Part shown: piece after piece, positions 52,701-62,500 of the stretch | How positions within the stretch are numbered: the first letter of the stretch is position 1 | Layout: each line of letters begins with the position of its first letter | DNA from: Oopsacas minuta | Taxonomy: Eukaryota > Animalia > Porifera | Assembly: GCA_024704765.1 (NCBI GenBank) | Contig: JAKMXF010000303.1 | Coordinates: forward strand, 391,897 to 455,896 | DNA: 64,000 nt | Direction: 5' to 3' | Made by a program: the position numbers and the translations under genes | The notes under the pieces: generated by a model | Seen by the model: only the letters and a program-made list of their open reading frames with translations | Database searches by the model: none | What the model was told of the DNA's origin: nothing

Positions 52701-55700
52701 GGAAACAAAGTCAATAAATCACCCAAATTTCAATCTAAATGGCTTCTTTTAATAATAAAAAACAACCAACAATACAGCGTCACATGTTCTAGAGATAAAT
52801 ATCACATTAAATAACATTAAATTTCTCTGATAAAATTAAAACATTAATAAGAACTCATAATAGTCAGATAATTGATAATAGGGTAAGTTCAAGGTGTAAG
52901 ACAGATGGAACAACGAGCTACGTTTTCTAGTTTGAGAGTGCCAAGAGTGTCAGTATGTCAAAAAGCTTTTCAGAAGATATGATGTCAACTATACTTTATC
53001 AATAGCAGTATCTAGTATAACCTCTATACTTTGTAGGAAAGAAGTCATATTCAATGCAAAAATTTAGTCGATAAGATTGAGAAATTGAGAGTAAATTTTA
53101 AACAAATTAATAAAAAATAGTTTGAGGAAGATTACATAAATTTTCGTAAAACTAGTATGATTTAATTATGATATGATCAACACTGATAAATGAGGATAGC
53201 AAAATGTTGGTGACAATAGATAGAGTATTCCAAAACAGTAGAGGTTACGTTTACCAACTATTCAAACACTAAAATTCTAGATCACTGGAATCCTGTGCGT
53301 GTTGCAGACCATACGAATGATATGTGTTGCTGTTAGAAATAGTATTTGTAAAGGATTGGATCTATTCAGAAATTAGTAAAGAGATCCTATACATATATAT
53401 TCTCGGAAAAGGACTAATGAAGAAATGATGGGACCAAATTTGGGAGAGAAATCTCTATCCAGATGTCTGTGTTTTGCTTCTAAGAATTAGAACACATTTA
53501 ATGATGGTGTATCCTGCTGACCTTAACAATACAAAGAAGTCAAATCAAGCTAGTTAACTCCAATCATACACTACGTATATTGATGAATCAAGCCAAATAG
53601 TGTATTTCTGAAACGAAATTCTATAGTCGTGGCTAAAGTTAATTCGATTAAGAATGGATTAGTTACTAGTACGAATTATATTTCTTTATGAACAACATGA
53701 GTTATCAGATAATGTAAGTACTCCGACGAACAGGCTAGATTGTACAAATAAAGATAAGCAGTACCAGTTTATATATTAATTAAACACAATTCCACCGTAT
53801 GCATCATGCTGTACCTGCAAGGAAATTAATCAAATAATTATTGTATCAAATAACTCACTGATAGCTAGGAAATCAGACTGGCTTGCAGCTGAAATAGCTT
53901 GTGTAGAGATAGTGAGAGTAGATTCGTGGGAAAATATACCGACTGAGCTTCCATTTGAGTCCAATCCGCGTGTGAACTCACAGAAAAACGACCCCACACT
54001 CTCCGATACACTGTTTTGCAGGCAGGACAGGTATACAGGAATATCATTCAATGTAATAGTAAGGTTAGCAATTGTATTAGTAGATGATAGCCTAGCACCT
54101 CCATCCACAGACACTAGTTCTATCTAATGGGAACATACAAATGATTAAAATTAATGAATAGTCATTAGTTATCTTCAGGTTAGCAAGATTATTAGGCCTT
54201 TTAAAATTGCATAGTGAATATTATCCTGATGTCCATGTTCCTATTTATTAAATTAAAACTAGAGGATGAAAATAAAAATTTCTATGTAATTAATTCGCTT
54301 TAATTACATACAAATAAATAAAGCAGAGATAGATTAGAGATATATTTTGTGAATTTGTGATACACGTATGTTAATGTAAGATGTTTGATATAAGTGAAGA
54401 AGGTATTCTTCTAATTCTGAACTTTACTTAATAAAATAAACTAAAATGCGACACAACTATTTCCTAAAATTAAAAGGTGAATGAAAAACAAGTAGTATAT
54501 TTTAGATGGCCAAGACCACCAACTAGAAGAAAGTTTTGTAGTTTTTTCAAGAAATTATATCCTAGTCAAATTACAGAGTAATTCACATCTGCATTTCAAT
54601 TTGTATGTCGTATCACATAAATTTCGAAGTGCTAATTAGTAGGAATACACTACAAATGTTCTAATTAATCCTACGCATAACTCCATATTACAACAAGCTG
54701 TTAGTTACATCTGTGTATTAGTGTGTAAATGGTAATAATAGTATTCTCAGAATATGGGACGGGATATAAAACTAGAAATATGAATAAAACCACAGTTTAG
54801 ACTGAAGGCAAAAGTATAATGTACGTATACAATATCGTAATATATAGTAAAGTATAGCTATAATAAATCCCTTACGTACACAATAATCCAGCAAAATTTA
54901 TCTTTTATCGTGCCATAAAGAATCAAGTAATAAATTACCCAACTATGTAGTATGTAAGTAATGATAAAATGGTCTAACCTGAAAAACTTCATCTTGCTCT
55001 AGAACTTCGTCCTGAACAATTGGTAGCTCTAGAGATACAGAATCGACTTGATCAAGAAAGGTAATTACACCTTCTGCCTGAGTAAAGTCTTCGCTAATAT
55101 CTCCAATAAATCTCCACCCAACGTTAACCACTCCAAATGTTCCAACCCTCCTAATAGTTAGGGTGGGGTTCGTATCAGTACCATATGAAGGCTCAGGACT
55201 GAACACATCGAGGGAACTTTGATCGAAACTAACTACGCCATAGGGCTCATCACTGAGGAGAATAGTAATATTCCGTGTGCGCTGTGAACCGAAGCTACTT
55301 CCCTGTGAAGATCTACAGATCAATAGTATAACATGCTTAATCAAGTCTAAATAGTTAATTAAACAGAATTCACTAAAATTAATAAATTTAAAAAGTGTTT
55401 GCAATTTACTGCTGCAGTTACCTATGAAAACTTACAGAATTTTAGTGTGCTTCCTATAGTAAAATATGTCATGTAACCATATTACACTTTATACTATAGG
55501 AATGCACAATATACTAAATTCGTTTACTATTAAATTGTCTGTATGCTTGTCGTTAAGTCGATCTAGCAGGCTAGCCAAAGAAAATAGAATCTATACAAAA
55601 TGTTTGGCTTATAGCTACAACTTGGATACGATACGATCGTGTTTAAAATACTTCGGATTTTGTCCTACAGTTCGAATGACATATGGCATCCTATGTGTAG

Positions 55701-56446
55701 GTTCCTATCGATGTGCTGAGGAAATCAGAAACAGAGACCTATGGAATATTCATGACATTTGGAAACAACGTGTTGCAGGCTTCCTCCTCAAAAATCTCAT
55801 AAAATGTACTATTAATCGCAATATATTATTCAATTGATAAATTATTAGAATATCAATTCATTGTGAAAATACTATTTGAAGTGTAAATAAATAACTTGTG
55901 GGAAATCTTCATTATTAGGAATTAAATTAAATGTTTGGTGTTTACTTCAAGGTTGTAATATTTTGATAATTTGGGTACTAAGGATTTCAAAGCTTCCCCC
56001 CCAAATTTAACATCCTAGATAGAACCCTGTGTTGGTATGGTACAAGTACTTCTACAACAAAATCTAGTGCATTTCACAAGCTAAATATGGTCAGGCTAGA
56101 GCATTATCACATCATATTGATGAACGACTGGTTATACACAGCCACCTGGGGCTTAATATGAAATGATGGCAATAAAGCATGAAATTCAGGTGATTTATAC
56201 GTATACTACACTTGTGCAATAATTTCCTGAAAACAGCATAATACAAACTGTATAATGATAAACTATAATATTATGTATTGCGCGGACGCTTCACGACAGA
56301 TTAAATTAACTTGCTGTCAACCTATTGTTACAAATGTAACCAATACCTGCAAAAATATGAAATGTAAGTACGTATATGCTACAAGTGTGTCACCTGCAAT
56401 CTCCATGATTACTAATTTTCAAAATAAATGCAATCAATGTATCTTA

Positions 56447-56507
<61 letters not shown>

Positions 56508-59500
56508 TAACAATCCAAATGTAAAATTAGTTTATAAAAAACTGAAAATACGTAGAGAGAATAATCTATTAATAAATAAGTAAAATAATCATTATAATAT
56601 AATTATTGTATAGAAGCTTTAATAAGAAAGCTAGTGGGTTGTAAAGGACCCAGAGTAGATTTGTTAAAACTAAATATCTGAATTCCTCTGTTGTGAGTGG
56701 AGCAGAGGACATCACTATGTCCGGGCATTCTGTGAATACTATAAATAGGACCAGAGTAGTACTTTTTCTCAAATAACAACACCCCCTTCTCCACATCCCA
56801 GAAATACAGACTCCCACCGTTAGAAGCAGTTATTAGACAATTGAGCTCGTTACAGAGATGACAAGTATTCAAGTTGTCAGAGAGATGAGGATATTCACGC
56901 AGAACAGCACCCGTATACCTGTCCCAGCGAGTAGCAGTAGCCGAATTCTCCACGGGACCTCGACTGGAAGTGTAGAAACTGCGTCCATCCTGAGAAACAT
57001 CACAAGCAGTGAGAAGACATTGAGGATGCAGGAGATTCTGCACAACATCCATGGTCCTGGTATCCCATACTCGCAAATGCTTATCTTCACTAGATTGTAA
57101 GACACACCTCTCACCAGGTATCCACTTAACGCATGTTACCAGATTCCGAGGAATAGAGCATCTGTTTAGACATGAACCAGTGTTCAAATCCCAGAGACAT
57201 ACTGTGTTATCACGTGAACCAGAAAACAACTGGCTTTGATCGATCGCAAGAGCAGTGACTGTCAATTCGTGACCATGAAGATTGTTGATCGGATAGCTAC
57301 GATGCTTTGTCTTATCCTCAGCAATTTTAGAAACATCCCAGAGGCAGATGTATTCATCTCTTGATCCGCTAGCTACCAAACTGAGAGAAGAATCGAATGC
57401 AAGGGATGTTATGTCATTGGTGTGTCCATTTAATCTGCAAACATTAGGAGGATTTTGTGAATAGTAAAATAGATTCCCATCCGTACCCCCTAAGACTAGA
57501 CTGTCCGAATTCTGCACGAATATGGATGAAAAGTAAGGCCCCGAATAGTCTAGCATAGACACAGACTTAGGTTTCGGAGTAGGGTCTAACTCTACAGGTG
57601 AGGAAGTAGTTTCTTTGTCAGGATTGAGGAAAGGATCGTCTTGATTAGATGGAAATTTAGAGGATGCATTCTGACCCATTCTTAGGGTGGATGTTTAAAA
57701 TCTGAATCGTGTACAATTCACAATTATTTTATGGTTGGTTGATTAAAATGTATTTGATGACAAATGCGAATTTCTCATGTGAATTAGCTAAGTCTCAAAA
57801 CACATACCATAACTGTGGGTTGAAGGTAGAATGATTAAATACAAATGAGTTATGCGACTGGTAAGTTTGCATTGTTAAATAATAAGAGAGAATAATAGAA
57901 AAATTGGTATTTCAATACTAATAAACTTGAGATAATTTCAATTATTCCAAGACAAATCACAAATTACAGTATAATGCCGGTAGAATCTTTAGAAATGGTC
58001 TAAAGTTTCAAAGAGACCTAATTGTATCCAATCTTATTGCGGATTAATGTACGTACTATACAAGTTTGATATTCTACAGCTGATTTCTGATAATAATTAA
58101 TTTGAAGGATAATCATGTATTAGCTATTTCTGGTATAACATTGATATGGGTTTTGAATCATTAGATTATATATCTATGGTTTGAGCTGGGATTCTAGAAA
58201 CCGTGATTCAGATATTCCGAATAAGAAAGCCTTATTCTTGATCTCTTGACATCTAAACACATATGAGTTGTTATGCTCGTTAACCTGAATCACACTTATC
58301 AACTTCTTATACTATACTATATTCCCTAGGAGCTAGGAGGATATACCAAATCGCAGGATATCCAGGATTACAGGGGGTTTTCAAGTATGCTGAATTAGAT
58401 CGAAATATGAATTCAAAATAAATAATACTCTATGAATTATCAAAACCAGAATCAGTAGAAGAAATGAATACATTTCTTTTATTGATTACACACAATAAAT
58501 ATTAACATTATGTAATTCTCGCAAAATAATTAAACTCTTTAATTATTACTTGAGTATGTAATACGTATGTATCTCAATTATATTCGTATTTTTTTATCAT
58601 GGATAGTTGACGTTCCCTACGCCTATATCTCGAGAATTCGAAATAGCGGATGCAACTAACTACAGTCAACTTTTCTATAACGGCTACCGAAGGGACTGGC
58701 CAAAAGTGCCCTTTATATACAGGTGACGGTTGTAGAGAGGTTGACCGTTATACACTAGTTTGGTAGTAACTGTATGTTAATGGTGGTGATATAGAGAAGT
58801 TGACCTTTAAGACGAGTAACCGATATTTAAGATAATGTAGTGGAAGTAGTGAATGATGTCCACCCAAGGGACTTGTCAAAGGTAGACTTTATAGGAGGCG
58901 ACTACCATATAAAGTGGCCGTTATATAGAGGTAGTGGCTGTTAAAGACAGGTCTACCACCAGTAAGGGACCAAAAATGGTGGCCGATATGTGCAGGCGAC
59001 TGTTAAGCAGGCTTGACTTTATTATGCTTAACAAATCTCTTGTATCATGATCCCGGGAATAGCGATGTAATCATATTCATACACACTTCTATCTTGAATG
59101 AACTACAGGAAGCATTAGTATATGTATGTATTAAGTTGGAAGTACGTATACGCTTTAATTTCTGAAAAAAAGACGAGCACGTATTCAAATGATAAAACAG
59201 GATTACAATAATTTGCTCTGCCAAATCAAAATTCCAAACTAGAAATAAAAACTACAAACGAATCACAGACCAACTTTAGCTACTAAGAAGTAGTCAGGAT
59301 AAAACGGACAATACTTACACATTTACTTGTGGCTTAACGCATAAACAATGCCTGCAACAACAGATATGTGAGGCTGCCCGTTAAAATACCAGACGCAGAC
59401 TAATTACCCCACAGGAGTATCCATACCACTATATATTAACTACTCGATCCTCCGGATGATGTGATACACTGAGTCTCTTCACCAACCCAATGAGAAAGAT

Positions 59501-62500
59501 GTCCAGCCGACAGACTGGTAGTGCAGTTCGGGGTTATTCGTTTGTGTCCTCAAAATCGGACTCTAGAATACTTTTGAATTTAATATAGAAAGGTGTGAAA
59601 AATTCACTTAAGAAAATTCATACCCGAGGTGCAAATCTCCGACCCAAAAATGTATATGTATGCCAATTTTCATGTTAATGGGACTGCTAGATTTCGCACG
59701 GCCGCGCGGATATCAAACATCGTCCTTATCATTAGGGAACCTCCCTATAGGAACTGCACTAAAAGTGTAAACTAATCAATAAAGTATTCAAGTAATACTT
59801 ATTGTGGTAAATATTCGAGGCAAGCACTAGTTGAACATAGGAGAACCGCGTTTGAGGTGTCGCTGCACTGTAGGGTCTAAAATATCGCCATTAAAAACAT
59901 CTACAGTCGACGATAATGACAATCTTTCCCAAGTTCGAAGCATGTATTCCTGAGGGCGCCAACAACAACTGCCAAGCTGACTGGACATGGCCACTTCTAA
60001 TCGAAAGCGACCTAGTAAGCGAAGCGCGGTAGTTATACAGCTGATTAATTCATGATTATTAGTCATTTTCCGATGAATTAGTATTAATAGTCTTCGATTA
60101 GCGTTAAACTTATTAAGTAGATAAAATAATGAACTTAGAATAGAACTGAAGACAAACAAAGGAAATTTCGGAAAAACTGTGCAGACTTTTGTAAATAAGA
60201 GGAAATAAATATAAACAATATTTAAACATATTTGAAGAATAAGTCAATAGAAACTGAATAAAGTAAGTATCGTAAATACAACACAGATCAATTATCTGAG
60301 AATACACATTTTATCTTGAAAAGTCAACTTTAACACATAACAGATGCTAGGACAAGTTTCTTGGAAAATTCTCGACTTCTTGTTACTTAAACAGCTGACC
60401 TAGATCGATGATTGGCTAAATTATAATCTCAATTAATAATATGGATACATGCTTATGATATGATGTAGCAGTAGCATTTATGTACTAATATGGTCATGTT
60501 ATAACTGAGCATATTCACATATGTACTCACTAAAGTCTTAACAATGGAATAGCACGGGATATACAGCCTGGCTTAATATGGTAGTACTCAGTGTTTAGAC
60601 TGATGATAAAATCGTAATATGAATTTAGTAAACTAGTATTGGATAATAGAAAATCATAAGAGTAACAATAATTAAAAGATAACTCTAGAGGTGCTGTGAT
60701 TAGAGGAGATTAATTCTAATGCCACAACCCCCAATTTACAAGTGGGATCATTCGTAATACAAATCTTGATAATCTCTAGCAGAGTTAATTCTAAGGTATA
60801 AAAAATAATTATTACTAGGAATTTGAATCTCAAAATATTCAAATGCTAAAAAATGTTAAAATTGGTGTGTACACATGAAAAATTAGGTGATTATGTGTAC
60901 GTGTGGATAGACATCTACATTAATCCAGCAAAGTGTACTTTTGGTTGTATTTTGTCGAGCACTACTCAGTTCAGTCAACTAATATTAACTCTTGCCATCT
61001 ACACAAGAAAAATATCGCATTACGCATTACAGACAATTTTACTCTGACAGATAACAAAGTGACTTTATATGGCGATTAACAAAAAATTCTCTAACATTAA
61101 GAATGTAAAAGATTGAATAAATAATTCTTTTAATTTACTTTTATCTCTAAGTGCTATTGCAGATTAGCGGTCTAATTCTAGGTGTTTGTAAATTTACTTA
61201 TGTGAAAGTTTGGGTCTTAAAGCTCAGTTGTAAAGATATATGTACAATCAGAAACGATAAAATGAGTAAAAGTATTAAATTTACAAATAGTAACTAACTG
61301 AAGCACAAAGCTAAATTGCTCATCAATCTCAGGAATAGTATCTTGTACTGCAGCTATAATAACAGTTATTTCTGTGTTACCATCGTTAAAGAAACCTCCT
61401 AGGATAGCTGAAGTGAAGTCTTCAGAGGCTCCCTCTCCTGTTATTGCTATGAGTACAGTGGACGGCGATAGGAGCTCAGTTGAAGTCCCTGAACGTACCA
61501 ATGTGATGGCCACCTGAAAAAAGTAATAGTGTTAATCAAAGTAGAGAGATTAGGGAAATATGTACGCATATGACATTGGGGCATTTAGTAACATAATTAA
61601 GTCGATAATAAATAGTATGGTACATATCTACAACTGTATACATATTTTCAAGAGAGTTACCAACAGGCTTGTACTTTAGTTCAAAACTTTCCTGGGCGGA
61701 AAAGAGATTACAACTCAAGAGCTATGAACCATCAAAATATTACACAGCTGTATAACAATTATGAATTAATTATATTCAATGAAATCTGTTTAGGTATTGT
61801 TGGAAATTTGAGAATCTTTAATTAATAGAAACACACTTCACTTATGGCATGTATCCACTTAAAATACACCCACTAATTGATAAACGGTGATTAATTAGCT
61901 ATTCAATAATCTGTGATCTAATAGCTGTAAATATCTACAGCCCCTTTCTGGTATATTCTAAGCACCTGAACTTATTAGCTGTAAACTTCAGAATACCACA
62001 GGTGGTAAAGGAGGTATACTAAATATGTACAAAGATGTATACACAAGGAAGTACAAAGCATACTGAATGGAAAGTTTAACATGGATCACTCCCATTACTT
62101 GTCACAGACTTACTAGGGAATAACATAAAATATCTGTTACGCATTTCAATAGCTATCTCTAATGAATTCATTGTCAATGTATTATGGCAAAGAATCCAGT
62201 ACTTCATTGGCAGGTGTTGTATGTGGTTATAACTGTGTTTTGTAAAAAAGAATGGGAAATTAGTCTAAACGTTATGTAATGCTACCTAGGGTGTGGTGTG
62301 TAAAGTTCAAAACGCATGACACAGAGGAGGGGCCAAATATTCGAGAATTTTCCATTATTAATGTTTGAACGAATGTAATTGGGCAAGGGTTCAGCATTCG
62401 AGATGCAATATTTAGTCAACTTTGATGAAATTTTATTCTTTTACGTGAAAACACGAAAAATACATATATATTTATCGTGCTTATCACGATAGAGAGATTC

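Noticed and set aside
59827-60159. 110-aa ORF in a slightly GC-richer patch of intron 2
   Set aside because: No recognisable domain, splice partner or promoter; probably a repeat remnant.
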